From contig JAQGDQ010000160.1 in NCBI GenBank assembly GCA_030141605.1, forward strand, positions 1-64,000: a DNA stretch of 64,000 nt, in the 5' to 3' direction. The first letter of the stretch is position 1. The number at the start of each line of letters is the position of its first letter. This DNA is from Tubiluchus corallicola. Its lineage: Eukaryota > Animalia > Priapulida. The translations under genes and the position numbers were made by a program. A model generated the notes under the pieces. The model was not told the origin of the DNA, made no database searches, and saw nothing but the letters and a program-made list of their open reading frames with translations. Shown piece after piece: positions 12,976-27,465 of the stretch.

Positions 12976-14117
12976 CCGGTTACACCTGGAGTGTTCCGGT
13001 CATTCTACGCGTGTTTTGAGAGGCCTGCCGCCTGATTAGCAATTAATCTTGGTGCTAGATATTAATGTTGTGAAGGTGCACCTGTCTGAAAGTGTTTTTG
13101 TGTGTCGCCGCTCTTCTGACAGACCATTCTGTTTGTTACTGAGGAACCAGATAAGCCAAATTTCAAATCAAGTAGGGTTTTATCATACTACGAGCTACGG
13201 AGTGCAGGTAGTTGTGCGGTCTTTATAAAGCAAAATTCGAATAGGTCTATTCGCTTGGTTTTTGTTGTAGGCTTACGAGAGGAAAAGCTTAAAATTTGGG
13301 TGTTGGTCTTCCGCACAACGTTCGGTATCGTTGTTTCAAATACAAACATTACTAAAACACATTTAGATGTTGTGACGTGTATAAGTAATAAGTGTACATA
13401 TAGGCGTATGTGTGAGGAAGGATTCAAGTGTGTGCATACGTTTATAATTCGTTATGTAGTCTACGATCCACTATCATCCTGTGTGCATTTGATTGATGCC
13501 AATATGTATTTTTATATTCACACGGTCACTATGTTTTAAAGTACATGTTGGGATTTTTTCTAGCACATTAATTAGTATTTTTAGATAATATTTAAATTTT
13601 TACCCCAAATGGCGATTTTGCTTGAAAAGGAAACGCATTGTGTATAGGTAAAATCCTTCGACTTTTAAAAATGCTTCAAAATTACTATAAAATACGGAAG
13701 CCTTATTTGGCACAAATCAGTGCCTTGGATTGTCTTATCATGAGCATCAGTAGCAACAAACGAATGTTAAAAATTGTAGTTGTTTGTGTTTACAGTGCCT
13801 GCAGTTTTGCTAACTTGCTATATATCTTAACACTCAGTCTTAATTCTGTATTTTTACACTGTATTACTTGTTTTTATGAACCATGGTTTGAATTCTTTAT
13901 CTTTGTCTTACCTTTGTCGTTATCACTAAGTTTATGTAGAGCTACATTTGTATCGCTTGGCCCCATTATTAGGCCACATGAAAATGATGAAATATAAGAA
14001 TTACTGTACAGGAGTCACAAGTCTATTTCTGTTTTTTATATTTGGTTTATCTGGTTCACTCGTCTAGTCACATAACTGGTCCAAAGCCGACAGGGTACGA
14101 ATTTGATGAAATAAAAT

Positions 14118-17100
14118 ATGGCCCACAGCCACAAAACGGAAGGCTTGCATTCAAGCGAGAACACTGTTCACGATACTATGAAAATATACTCCGGTTGGAT
14201 TGATTATGACAAAGTAAGTTTTTAAACAACAAGAGTTTAGGCCTAGAACTAGTTGCATTGTCAATTTTGCGTAACCTGACCAAACCAAGTAAAATACATA
14301 ACAGCCTCGCAGTGGGCGAGTTTGTCTAGGCCATCTAAGCCACGCGCTTCTCTATTCTGTCTGGTTTATAAATGTAGAATGTGTAAGTGACTGTCCCTAA
14401 GTTTGTGTAGTTTAGAGACGCCAGGATAAGTATAATGTCAACGATCCACTCGGTATTGCCCACGTGTTTGAGTAGGTTGTAAATATGAACTTTGATGTCT
14501 CAAAATTTACCCCAATCTGTTTTTAGCCACGTGATGACACAGTTTATATCTTTAAGCCACGTTGTGCAAAAGTACAAGCAGCAGCAGACAATTATCGTTA
14601 TATAACTCGACAGGAAAGTTGACCTCATTTTTGTAACACTTTATATTCGAAGAACTAACGGATAAGTGAAACTGGGTAGATTTGTGCTCGTCCCTCTCAA
14701 TCCTCTGTAGTAGCCTCCGCAGTGTTTCGATTTCGGTACTTGATCGTCTTCACTTTTGCGTAAATTCGTTTCTTCCTGTTAATGAATATTTATACCGACG
14801 AGCTTCACGTTTATAAAGATCATCGCCATTAGGATACTGCCACTTTATTTTTATCTAATTGGTGCATGGTGATGTCATTTTATTTGTTAATTTTCAAATC
14901 AGACAAAGTCCATAAAAAACATATACACACAAATTAAAACTCAAATTTAAGTGATATAAAACCAACAAACAAAATTGTGCTAAAACTTAGTTAAAGGTGC
15001 TAAAATGGAATGGTACATATAAACTTACATAAAGTATATATATTTATACATAAACAACTAAGTAAGTAAACAAATTATGAATGATCGAAATAACTTGGGT
15101 TTTAATATGTTTTCGAACTATAAAAAAGAAAAACAGTTTCAGATATGTGGCTAGTCAAATCTGGAACAACCTATCCAAATGTGCCAAAACTTGTGAGAAT
15201 TTTAAACGAGTTAAGGGTAGATACATTTTTTGAATGGTAAAAAATACAAACATGCTGTGTGTAAATTAACGTTTGATGTGCTAGAACCGTCCAGAATAAA
15301 TGATAGAATAACCCAGAATAAATAATCTTTATTGTTCACCTGCTCCATTTGTTTTTTGCGTAATTATTCTGTAATAACAAATGTCATTTTAATGGCAAAT
15401 CTTACGTTGGTTAAATATCAGCCAAAAAGCATTCCAGTACTTGTTCTTGTTTTATGCTATTCCAGTGAAAATAAAGACTGAATTGAACGAAAACGATCAT
15501 TAATAGTAATTTTGAATTCATTAACAATAAAATAATTCTGTATTGGCCAGCAGTCTAATGTATTATACTGTAAATATGTATTAGGACGTGCTCTGTATTA
15601 ATTTTAGCACAACCCCGCACAACGCGCACATCCGCTCCTTGCAAAGCGCTGAATTTACTGAAAAATTAGAGTGCATAATAAAGGCCCTATGTTGGCTCGT
15701 TGAAAGCATAAACTTACAATTCTATATCACTCGGCAGGCAGCAGACTGCATGCAATAACGTCCGTGCATGCGTGACTGACTGACTGACTGAGAGACCCAA
15801 CATTTGAGCTTCATTAATCAATGACACCAGGTGTAGTAGTAATGCACACTTAGTAATGCACAAGCAACTAATCAAAAACGATAACAACTTCAAAAGCTAT
15901 TTAAATCCCCAAAGCAGATAAGTTGTATTTAACTGCGAAAGACTAAACTAACTAACAATTATACCCGCCTACCGAGAGGCACAAAGCTAACAGTATAGTC
16001 GCATTTCGCGTAATCAAATTTATTTTTGCAAATATGCACCCAAAATAAAACAGAATGATCTTATTCAAAATTAACAATAATTTCTCGAATTATTTCAGGA
16101 TCTTTTAAAAGCGAGATACAATGGGCCACCCATTGCTGCCATCAGCATGTCCCAGGTTTTGCATGACAAAAATGCTAAAATACTCGACGTCTGTGCTGGC
16201 ACAGGAATGGTTGGACAAGAGGTAAAAGAAAAAACTCAAATGAAGTTATAACATCCCAGATGCAATATGGCTTAGTATGTGCGTGCCGCCACGGCTGAAT
16301 CCTAAGCAAACTGTCCATAACTACTACAAGCAAGTACAACTAACCATCTCATTCTTCGCTGTGAAAACCAAAATAACGATGTGTATGTGTGTTTAGAAAC
16401 TAGATAGCTTCAGCTTTTCCCCACCTCCATCCATAACGCATCATAATGCAATAATAAACCTAGGTTTTCTAGCCATTTGATAGCACATGAAATTATAGAC
16501 GACTAGCCGACCTAGGTGTTTCTGGTCTTCTATATACGTATGCTTTGTCAAAATGGATTGAGTTTTCTTTGACGGAACTATGTATATCCCTAGTACGCAT
16601 CTGAACATGGCTAAGTTATCATCCTTATCAGGGATTGTATTTGGAGATGAGTTAATGTGTCAGATCCGATCTTGTCACAACAATCTAAATTGGGTAGCCC
16701 CTTAATACTGGATCTCAGTTTGCTAAGACTGGAGTAAGAAATTTTCTTTGAGTGCTCGTAGAACGTTTATAATTTTCTAAATTGCGTATTTGTTAACAAA
16801 GTTAATATTAGCTAAAGAAATAACGACCTTAGCCAAAGTGGTCTTCAGCAGTTACCATGCTTAACTGGGTTTCGAGGTTTAGCTAGAACCTCCATATGGC
16901 ACCCAAACAGCCAAGATGTTAGATGGCTATTCCGTAACATTGCCGTAATTCAAACAATGGCGGAATACTCCAAAGCTGATCAGAATGACCTTGTATGCTG
17001 CCGCTGGGTTATGATAATGGGGCACTAACATCTTGGCTGTTGGATACTTGTACTCCCAATGTCATGCCATAAGGAATTGCCATAATGATGAAATCTGTTA

Positions 17101-19751
17101 AGCGTTAAGCCACAAAATCTGAAGAGACATGATAAGTTGATAACTGTTAATGACCGCTTGTCTCGGCGCAGCGATTTCTCATAGTTAGCTTTTTTCGCCT
17201 GCGTGCATTTTCACTTTAAAGTTATTATTTTAATAACTGGAAAACAGTTTTTAAGTCATCACGTTAGTTTGGAGATAATTTCTACTTGGGATTTTTTTGC
17301 TTTCTCATTTTAGTTGCGCAAGCTTGGTTTTACAAATATGGACGCTTTAGATGGCTGCCAGGAAATGTTAGACGGGGCAAAACCACTTAACATTTACAAG
17401 AATTTCATTTGCTCTCTTTTTACTCATGAGCCACAAGACATTCCAACAGGTAAAGTGATCAGAATTGCAACTTAATAAATCAAGATCTGATAATGTCTTA
17501 ACATGCAACTCATCAAGATTAGTAAACATTATCTTGGGATTTTAGGGCAAAGCAGGAAAAAGTAGTAACGCATGGCACATTCCAGATGCCTGACCCGCTT
17601 TAAAATGTGTGGTTAGTGAAAGAAGTTAAGCAATGCTGACAATGGCCAGTAACTGGACGAGAGACCGCCAGTTCTATGCTTGTTTGGGCGGCTTCATTTC
17701 CCATACTGATTCTGACTATTTCTTCCGGATATATTTACATCCAAATCTGCCTAAAGTGCATGATCTGTTCAGTGTCTGATTTTAGAGGATTAGTCTTGAG
17801 AGTGAGCTAACTTCCGATCGTGCCACAAAGATCTACATTGAATATGCCCTATTTTTATGGTGGGACCAGATTTCAGTGTGACAAACTGTGTATAAAAAAC
17901 TGCTTAGTATTAAGCACTAACCGCACAGCTCAAAGTGTACTTAACACTTACTTTGTAGTGTTTTATTCCACTTGTTATAATCCACATTATCATTTTCCAT
18001 TAATCAAATTATTGAAATCTCAATCCCTGTTCACACTAGTGATGGAAGTGGAAGTAAGCAGGCCATAAAAGGTAAGATGACCTGCACAGACCTACAGGTT
18101 TAGTATAAAATCAAGGTTTACTTGGCTTCATATATAAAGATTATTTGCCTACAGAAACTGTCTTATGGTTTTCTTAATTTTAATTTAGGCAAAATTTTTA
18201 ATTAATATATTTCTTTTAAAGCTTTCTAATTTAAAGATTTTCTAATAATCTTTTAAAGATTTATGATAATCTAATTACTCAAGAGTAGTGAAAACCTATC
18301 AAGTTAACAGGAAAAACATTTAAACTAAATAAATATACCGCTGACAGTTATTGTATAATTGGAGTCAAAAAACAATTGTAGGTGGCAGCATGCATCAATT
18401 CGTTACTTTAGTATAGTAGAGTGCCAATATTAATGCAGTGAAATCATTTACCACAATAAACAATCGTTTCAGACAATTATGCGGCATCCTTGGATTTGGG
18501 ATACATTTCAACTGAACTTTCACTAAAAAAGCCTACAAATACTGTGCTACTTTGCTTTATCTTATAATGTTCACATTTTGTTACATGCAATATGTGTAAA
18601 ACGGTAGGATTTTCATGCTTAGTTCAGCTGATTTTTTAATGTGCCCAATATAAGGCTTAGCACGTTCTTACTTTTTATCTTGCAGATACTTACGATGCTC
18701 TTATCTGTGTTGGTTCATTTGTTCAAGGCCACCTGGAAGTAGAATGTATACCAGAAATGATACGACTTGTTAAACCAGGTGTGTGCGTATGATTAAGAAC
18801 CTGTCAACGCGCCCATAAAAACCTTGACTGAAAAGATGATAGTAAAAAATTTTCCACGAAAATTTCCATCCAACATTATTGCCATGTCGTGTCAGCTAAT
18901 CGCGTCTGATACGTGGCTATGCACGCCTATTTCCTGAACCTGGTACCTGATATGTATAAAATACGTGACATTGTGTTACATGTATGCATGATGTTTAGGT
19001 ATAGGTCAGTATAAGTATAGTGCTAGAGCCAACAGGAAAAAGCTGAAATACCATCGAAATACCTTCGAGAAAAAAATTGTTAAAATACCCTTAAACTAGC
19101 TTCATTACTTTTCACAAAGCAAAAGCGATTGATTCATGTAATAGAATCATACTGTCTTATCGTGGACTGTGATTCCCCGTTGACAGACGTCTAGTGGTTT
19201 ATAGATCATTAGATTCATTAGAATAAAAGCTTGTCGGAAAACACAAGTTCTGGGGCTGGACGTGCAAAATTTTTCAGATATCTAATTTATTTAGTATATT
19301 GCTTTCATGCGTTTATAAGATTACAAGAAACTACGAAGGCTGCTAACTGGCTTTGTAGCAGCAGTATATGGCTTGGCTGTATACGAATTATTAATTAGTA
19401 CTGTGTAGGCAAGCTGCAATTCACAAAATCACTAGATTTTTTCCACTGTGCATGACAATCTGTCCTAGTTTCTAATATTTGCTACCAGTCTATTACTTCT
19501 CAATCATTGCCAACCACTGAATTAATTAATTTTTTACTTTGATAGGAGGAATTGTACTGCTGCTTTTCCGTGCTGAAGTAATGGACAAAACGCCAAAATA
19601 TGTTGGAGTACTTGAACCTTTAATCAAAAAACTTGAAGAACAAAGGGCATGGGAACTCATCAAGAAAGATCGAATTCCTAATTATTACATGGAAAAAGAG
19701 GGAGCTCTTTTTATTCACAAAGTGTTAGTTTCTGAAACAAAAAGCTGCTGA
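14118..19751 (+). CDS. METTL27: METTL27/WBSCR27-like class I SAM-dependent methyltransferase (217 aa with exon 1B; 242 aa with exon 1A)
   Basis: Exons 14118-14213 (MAHS..KIYSGWIDYDK), 16099-16221 (..ILDVCAGTGMVGQE, motif I), 17314-17449 (LRKLGFTNMDALDGCQEML), 18686-18778 (DTYDALICVGSFVQGH..EMIRLVKP), 19546-19751 (GGIVLL..stop). All introns are GT-AG and the total of 654 nt is in frame. Confidence 0.88.
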
Positions 19752-22263
19752 CTGTGTCTCTAGAACTGTAGTCAGAACAGTCAAAAGAGCTTGATTTTAT
19801 AGATGTTTATATTCAAATGCAGTTATATCCACCTGTTCAAGGGGCACCAGCTTTTCTTGTCAGCAGATGTTACGTCACCATAGTGTATATGTAAAAAAAT
19901 CTTTCATTTCTGGCTCACATTAACATAATGTAATGTATTATTTCACATTACCATTAAAATAATATAACTAATTACACACTTAACATTAAGCATTATCATT
20001 TTTATTAAGGCTGGGTATGTTTTTTAAAGAAAATAAATGTACTGTAGTAGGCTTACATTTATGGTGGAAGGGGGTAACTTCACCATCTAGGAGGGAGTGT
20101 GTTTACTGCTAGGTTGGGAGTCATAAAAGCGTTTTTTTCAAAAATAAGTCTCAAATTTTCGACAGTTAATCGAGGCAACTCTAGCCACACCTAGCAGAAA
20201 CATTGCAGGATGTAAATAATTAATGTTGATGTTATCAAAATGTATAATTGTAATAACAAATTGACAATGCTATTACATTATTATAATTACCACATAAACA
20301 ACTTCTACTTCGAAGTCCAAATCACTTTTTTTATGATTATCACACCTCGTGAGGAAATCCTGTTATCATTGATTTTTCTGTAATCTTAATTTGAATAAAA
20401 GTATAAATGCAATTTCAGATTGTAACATGCTCAGTAGATACAACCGAGTCTTTCTTGTATAGAATAGACAGAGGTTGTACTAGTTACTTATGGCTTTTGC
20501 AACTTTTTCACTTAATTGTGGCAGTACATGTAACTAAAATCAAAGTTTCACTGGAAGGTTTTGCTAAGCTTGACCTGGTGATATATATATTGTTGTTAAC
20601 AGATTTTTATTAAAAAGCTATGCTTACAATAATAAAGTCGTCTGATTGTTTGCTTTATGTATCACATTGTGATATGTTTAGTTAAAACTTAATATTATTC
20701 TGTATTAAAAGTGAATGTTAACAGCTGCAAGTCCACAAATTACTTTCAAGAAGTCGCAAGTGATGTGAAATACTTGCTAAGATACTATAAATACATTGTG
20801 GGAGAAATTACAAAAAAAATTACCAGAAATTGTTGAATGAATTTGAAAACTTTGCATCTAAATTGGTAATAAAACTGCTATCAGTAATTACTAAAACAAG
20901 ATGGGATATTTGCTAACCACTGACTACAACTAACTTGCAAAATGTTGTGGAAAATACGCAGTTGTTCTGTACTAATATGATGCTGGAGAATGAAAACTAA
21001 TTGACATAGAGACATAGCTCAGGAGAATAGTAAGAATAACTTAAGACCAATCTGCAGCTGGAAATTTGATGACTAATCTGAAAAGAAAAATACGAACTGG
21101 AACGTCCTTCCATGGAAGTCCATATAACATGCCTGAGGACTGACTTCCACTAACTTCTAATAAACAAGGGCTCCACAAATTTATTATCTCACAATGTGTG
21201 CCCCATCAAACTGAAGATTCTGCATTAACTAAATAGAGACATCGAGCAGCCTCCCGCCTAAACACGATGGCAACTCCTCTAATAATCCAGAATGGGTAAA
21301 TTGGACATTCACATTCTCGTGCAGGTTGCATGCCTTGCATCAAACATAAAACTAGTTAATAATAATTAATGAACAATTAATAATTTATTGACAAATGTTT
21401 ACCAGTTACATAATTTTGTTATTTTCAGTATTTACAACAACATAAAGTGCAGAGAAATAAGCTTAGCACGTAAATAATCAATTGACTTTAACAACCAGTT
21501 TTCAAAAAAACAGAATAATCACTAAACTAAACTGATTATGTAATTGCAAATTTACATAGCTACAACAGTTATCATTACACAGCACTTGAAATATGAATAT
21601 TTTGCAAAACAGTGATTTGTAAGCACACATTTATGCAACATTTGCACATTTTTATAAGCGGGGGACAGACATAAATGGTCTGTCAATTCCAGTCACGAGG
21701 TATAAAAAGATGCTTTCTCATCAAGATGCTTATACAGCTTTCTTAATGAAGTTTTATACAAGTAATATCACCCTGGATAAATAACAACTATTTATTATCA
21801 TACAGTAAACAGAGAAAAAGTAAAAAAATGCTGAAACAATTAACGTATTTTGGCAGCTAAAGATTGCCATAAAAAACAATATAAAAAAGCTCACTATATG
21901 CATCATCTTTTCACGGTAAGAATTCTTTCATTTAGAACAAAAAAGTTTACTGATACAGTAGGGGACACATTTATGCCATAGTGATGCTAATTTCTGCCAA
22001 TCTAATTTTCAGACAAACATATATTATGGTTAACTTTTAGTGTTTTATATGTCTTGAAAATAACAAAGTAATAGATTGATTACAATAGGAAATAAAAATT
22101 ATGTATCAGACGCCTCCATTTATGAAACATTTTAGGAACTGTGTTTCTTTCGTTCCTCAATTAACAAAAAAATGTGCTGTATACATTTTTAGACATACAC
22201 GTATCTTCATTTCTTCATGTCTACTAACATTACAGTTAAACACAAAAATTGACGTGTATATTT

Positions 22264-22363
<100 letters not shown>

Positions 22364-22625
22364 TATCTTAAACCTCTGCTGTACAGCATACTGAAATTCT
22401 TACAACCTAGCACTTTCTAAATCATGAGCTTAAATGGAACAGGCATCAATCAATGACCATATTGCTACAGAAAATTATAGTTGCCTTCTTTCAAATGGCC
22501 TAAAGAAAAAAATTATTTAGTTATTTCATACTACACTTTGGCAACAAATCTGATCAGTAAAATCAGTCTGGAGACTAATGTTGATTACTCATATTCTACA
22601 CAAATAAAAAGTCAGTTAAATGTAC

Positions 22626-25600
22626 TTATTTCACTTTGTGCTTTTTCTTTTTTTCTTTTTTCTGTTTTTTCCGCTTTCTGTCCTTCTTATGCTTCTTCTG
22701 TTTTCTTGAAGAAGTTTCCCCACTACTACTTTCATTACTGGACTCGACACTCGTTACTTTGTGCTTTTTTTTCTTCTTCGTTACTGCTCCACTCCCATCA
22801 TCCTCATCACTATCGTGACTAGTATTGCTTTTCTGTTGGTGCTCTTCATCAACATCATCACCAGTCTCTGCCTCTTGTGCTGTCCTTGCAACACTAGAGC
22901 GTCTCTTTCTCTTATGACTGCTAGGAGACAACTGTGACGGACGACTGCTAACAGGGGGAGTTGTGCCAGGTGGCGGCGGTTCACTATCCGATTCTTCATC
23001 GGTCGAGTCACCATAATCAGGAACAAAGTTTGTCTCATCATGCATTGTTGATAAACGTCTGTCATCAGCATCCTTATGCTCTTTTTTCTTTTTGTCTCTT
23101 TTGTCCAATTTTGAATCTTCTATCGAACTCTTTCTTTTGCTAGATGCCTTGCTTTTTCGCTCTTCAGAATTTGGTTTTGTCGAATGCCTTTCGTGAGTTT
23201 CCTCATCACAAAATGCTTCAACAATCTTTTTGGATTTAGCTTTCTCATAAGAAATTTTGTGTTCTATTTTAAGATTATCTCGAGAAACATTAGCTTCTTT
23301 GGCAGTAATCCTTCTCTCATCAGTACTTCTAGTTCTGTGGCTCTTGTTGTATGTCTGAGAATCATCACATATGTCTCTAGTTTTATCTCTCTTTGCTCTT
23401 GAAGATTCTCTATTATTACTAGAATCCTTCAAACGTTTTGAAGGACTGACGTCGTGGGAATCCCTCACAACAGACAAATGCCTTTTAGTAGGACTTTCCC
23501 TGGAAGCCAAATGAGCAGGACTACGTGAATCCTGGACCCTTCTGAAGACACGGGTAGTGTTTCTGTCTTCCCTCGAATGACCTCTTGAAGTATCTCTTCT
23601 GTATCGCCCATCCCTTCTGCGGTCATCTAATGCAGGTCGATGATCTTTGTTTTCTCGCACATGATCATCCTCTTTCAGAAATTTTTCTCCATCATCAGCT
23701 CTATTTCTGCCTGATCGAGACAAAAATGCCCTGTCTGATCGAGGAATATTCAGTCTAATTTCATGTGCCGGATCAGTCTCATTTCTGGGCCCATCTCTTC
23801 TTACATCACGGTCTCTATCTCTGTGATCATGTGTCCTAGCATCTTTCACTCGGTCTGATTTGTGTTTGCGAGTATCTGATCTCAGATGGGACCGATCATG
23901 CCTATCATCATGCACTTCTCGTTCTCTATCAATGCTGTGTTGAATATTGACCCTGCGTGAATCAGTTCTGACTTGTACAGATCTATCTCTGTTGCTATTA
24001 CTGGGAGAGCGTTGCGTTGATGTTCTATCCAAGTGTATATCAGACCTCATGCTGTCTCTTCTATTGTCACGATAGCTTGACCTGTGATCAGTTACAGAGT
24101 CTCCCTTACCCCTACGTAGATCTCTTCTGAAGTCAAACCTTTCTTTTCTCTCTCTTAAGAAGTCTGCCTGGTCAATCTCATGTGGGAAATTCAAATCACC
24201 TCCAATAGTTTCAGGCCTGGCATCAAGCAGCATGTCTGAATTGCCTACATAAACAGGAGATCGTTGAACTACCATTTGTAAGCCAACATCACCCCCATCA
24301 AAAATATCTTCTCTTCTCATATCAATACAGTCATCCATATCTAAAAGCATTCCACGATCATTTGAATCATACCTATGTTTAGATCTTCCAAGTTCATCTA
24401 TCCTTATACCTCTGTGATTTGTTCTTCTAGTATCATGCCTATCCTCTCTTGTACGATGCTCCCTCTCATTCCTTTCTATTCTTAACCTTCGATCAATTTC
24501 TTCATCTCTAATTACAGGTCTCAGTCTGTCATCTCTGACATGATCCAAGCTATCATCCCTTCTTAACCGGCTGCTGTTGTCACGACTTTTGCGATCTAGT
24601 TTAATGTCATCGCTTCTTCTATGTTGCAAATGATCATCTCTACTAGATTCCCCTACATTACGGCTTCGGTGGTGTCTTTCTGCATCAGTTATATCACTTC
24701 TTCTAATATCAATTTCACCAGCCCTTCTCTCACCCCTTCTTTCGTCTCTTATTAAATGAGAATCATCTCTTCTGGGTACACTGGCTCTGCGCTCACGAGT
24801 GCTACTATGCCTATCATTTTCAAATGAGTCATATGCAGCACTTCTGAGTCTTTTGCTGCGATTATCATCCATCCTAGGCAAATCTTCTTCTACTTCTCTG
24901 TATCTTCCAGATTTGTGCCTGTCATGGTCACTCTCAAGAGGAGCTTCTGGACTAGTACGATGTGCAATACCTTTTGCATGCCAGTAATCGTCAACATGCC
25001 TGTCATAACTATCAGCTTCCTCATCAAAATCAGGTGTAGGTGGATGTCTAGTGTGACTAGATTGAACAGATGTCACAACAACACTTGAAGCAATTCGAGG
25101 CTTTTGTATTAAATATTTTTCAGCTCTTTCGATTACTGACGAAGGAATAGCTTCACGTCTTACTCTAGGTGAAGATGGTTGAGATTTTTCTATTTCTTCA
25201 TCTTCGAGTTCCCATTTAGACAATTCTCGAGCAACAAAAACTTCTCGCTCATTAGTTGGCACACCGGTTGGCCCTGAAACACTTCCTTCACTTGCAGACT
25301 CCTTGGCAGCTTTCCTTCTCTTCTTGGCTAACTTTTCTTCTCGCTTCTTTTCTTTTTTTGCTTTTTTCAGTGCTTTTCGCTCTTTTTTAGACAATTTTAG
25401 TTCTTTTTTATTTTCATCAGTTTCTGTTTGAAAGTGCTCTGCACAACGAGATGAAATAACATCGTGATCATCATCTTTTTCTTTGTTTTCTTCATTAGAA
25501 TCTGCAAATTTTTTCGGCATATGACTGTCAACAGTTTCACTGGCTACAACACTGTCTGTTACACCATCAGCAATTTTGCCAACATCCTGCTCCGGTTCAA

Positions 25601-27465
25601 CTTTTTCAGGTTTTAATACTTCTTCCTCAGTTACAATATTAATATTTTCTTCTACAATTACATCTGAAACTTGTTTTAAAATTTGAATCTTGTCATTTTG
25701 TTTGACAGCAGAATTATTCATTTCATCTTCAGCACTGTCAATTTGTTTGACAACTTCTGTTTTTTCTTTGTCAGCTATTTGAGCACTATCACTTTGCTTC
25801 AGATCTTCCTTGTCAATAAGACTTGCTGATACATTCTCATTTACAAAACGTTTTTCATCCATCAAATCTACATCTGATGAATGGTTCTTTAATTCATCAT
25901 CTTTCTTCTGCACATTGTCCTCAGCATCTGAAGAAAATATATCAAACAAGTTTCTTGATTCCTTTTTAACTGGTGCATTGGTTTCCAAAATTCTGGCACT
26001 ATCACTTGTTAGACATTCCACTGTTGCTACTCCACTGTCTTTTTCAGCCTTATCACCTAATGTTTTATCTACCAATCTCTCTGGATGGTTTTCATTGTTT
26101 TCATGTATCACTTCATTTGCTTCACCTGTAATTTTGACAGTATCATGAACATTTGCCACACTTTTTGAGACATCTTGCAGTGGAGGTGACAGTAAGGTCA
26201 GATGACAGTCTTTAGAATGAAATGTTGAACTTGTAGTAAAAGGCGTTTTTCTGGTAGAAGCAGCAGAAAATGGACGATTCCTAGAAACCCCAACAATAGA
26301 TCGAATTGGTAAACCCTTTTCAGCCTCGACTACTGATTCAGCTTTATTAACATCAAGAACCTCATTTAACTTGCCCTCTGTTGGCATTTCTTCAAGTGAT
26401 ATTTCCTTAGATGATTTTTTCTTATGCTTTTTGTCTTTTTTGTGCTTTTCTTTTTTTCGAAGGTCTGATTCTTCAGATTCCAATTTTTGCCTGCTTTTCT
26501 TTTCTTTCAAATCGCTTTCTTTTTTTGCTGGTGACCTGTTTTGATCCTTTCCTGAATTACCAACACGCCTTTCTTTTTCCAAAGAGCCTTTTCGCTGTCC
26601 ACTTCTAGGACTATACACGCTTGAGCTTTTTGCTTTTTCACCATCATGCTTACTTTCAACTCTCACTGTGTGAGCATAGCTATCCCATTCTTTATCAGCT
26701 GATCTAAGCTGCTTGTTCTTTTCGTGCTCAGGCATGTCATAAGGATGTCTTTCATGGATTTTAGCTCCTTCGACAAAAAATTCTCTGTTTTCATGCTTTT
26801 CAGATCTATGCTGTTCCTGATCACGTCTGCCACGCCTTTCCCCTTCATATCTAGACCTGTTCTCTTTGTTTTCTTTATCATGCACAAGTTTGCTGTCAGC
26901 ATAAGATTTTGTTCTATCAACATCACGAGGAGGACGTCGATCCCTACCATCCCTACCACGAGACAGTGACCGTCGATAACGAGGCTCAGGTGTACGTGAA
27001 GAGCGATATCGGTCAAAGTCTCCTCTATTGTAATCTGTATCATGTTTAGAGCCATAAAAGTAATTATAAGTATCACAATTTCTAGCATCATTGGAATAAG
27101 GTCTTTCGCGCCTGTCTGTTCTTGATGGTGATAATCTTGCAGGAGAGAATCGTCGAGGCGATGTCTTACGATAACGTGAAGGTGAAGGAGTACGCCTTCT
27201 GCGAGGTGACCGTGCTCGTGATGGTGGCAAGTGTCTTGAGGGCGAGTATTTTCGAGGTCTACGCCTTGGCGACCGTGATCGAGATCTTTGCGGAGAGCGA
27301 GACAATGAACGACTGAATGATTTAGTTCGACGAATAGGTGAAGCACTGCTGCTGCTTTTACTGATACTCCGTGAGCGTGATTTTGATGATTGACGTTGCT
27401 TTTTCCGTTCTCTTAAAGCACGCTCAAAGTCAGCCAACGGATCGGATTTCTTTGCTTCTTCATCC
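22626..27465 (-). CDS. RBBP6: RBBP6 terminal exon (4840 nt; RS domain, acidic region, RD/RE-rich mixed-charge region, Lys-rich end)
   Basis: Uninterrupted 1618-aa ORF. Acceptor ..ttacag| at 27466 joins in phase with exon 28622-28436. Contains a SKWE motif like the SKWD of vertebrate RBBP6. Confidence 0.93.

Noticed and set aside
26663-27346. 227-aa alternative-frame ORF and several antisense ORFs overlapping the RBBP6 terminal exon
   Set aside because: Shadow frames of a low-complexity coding exon; no recognisable motif.
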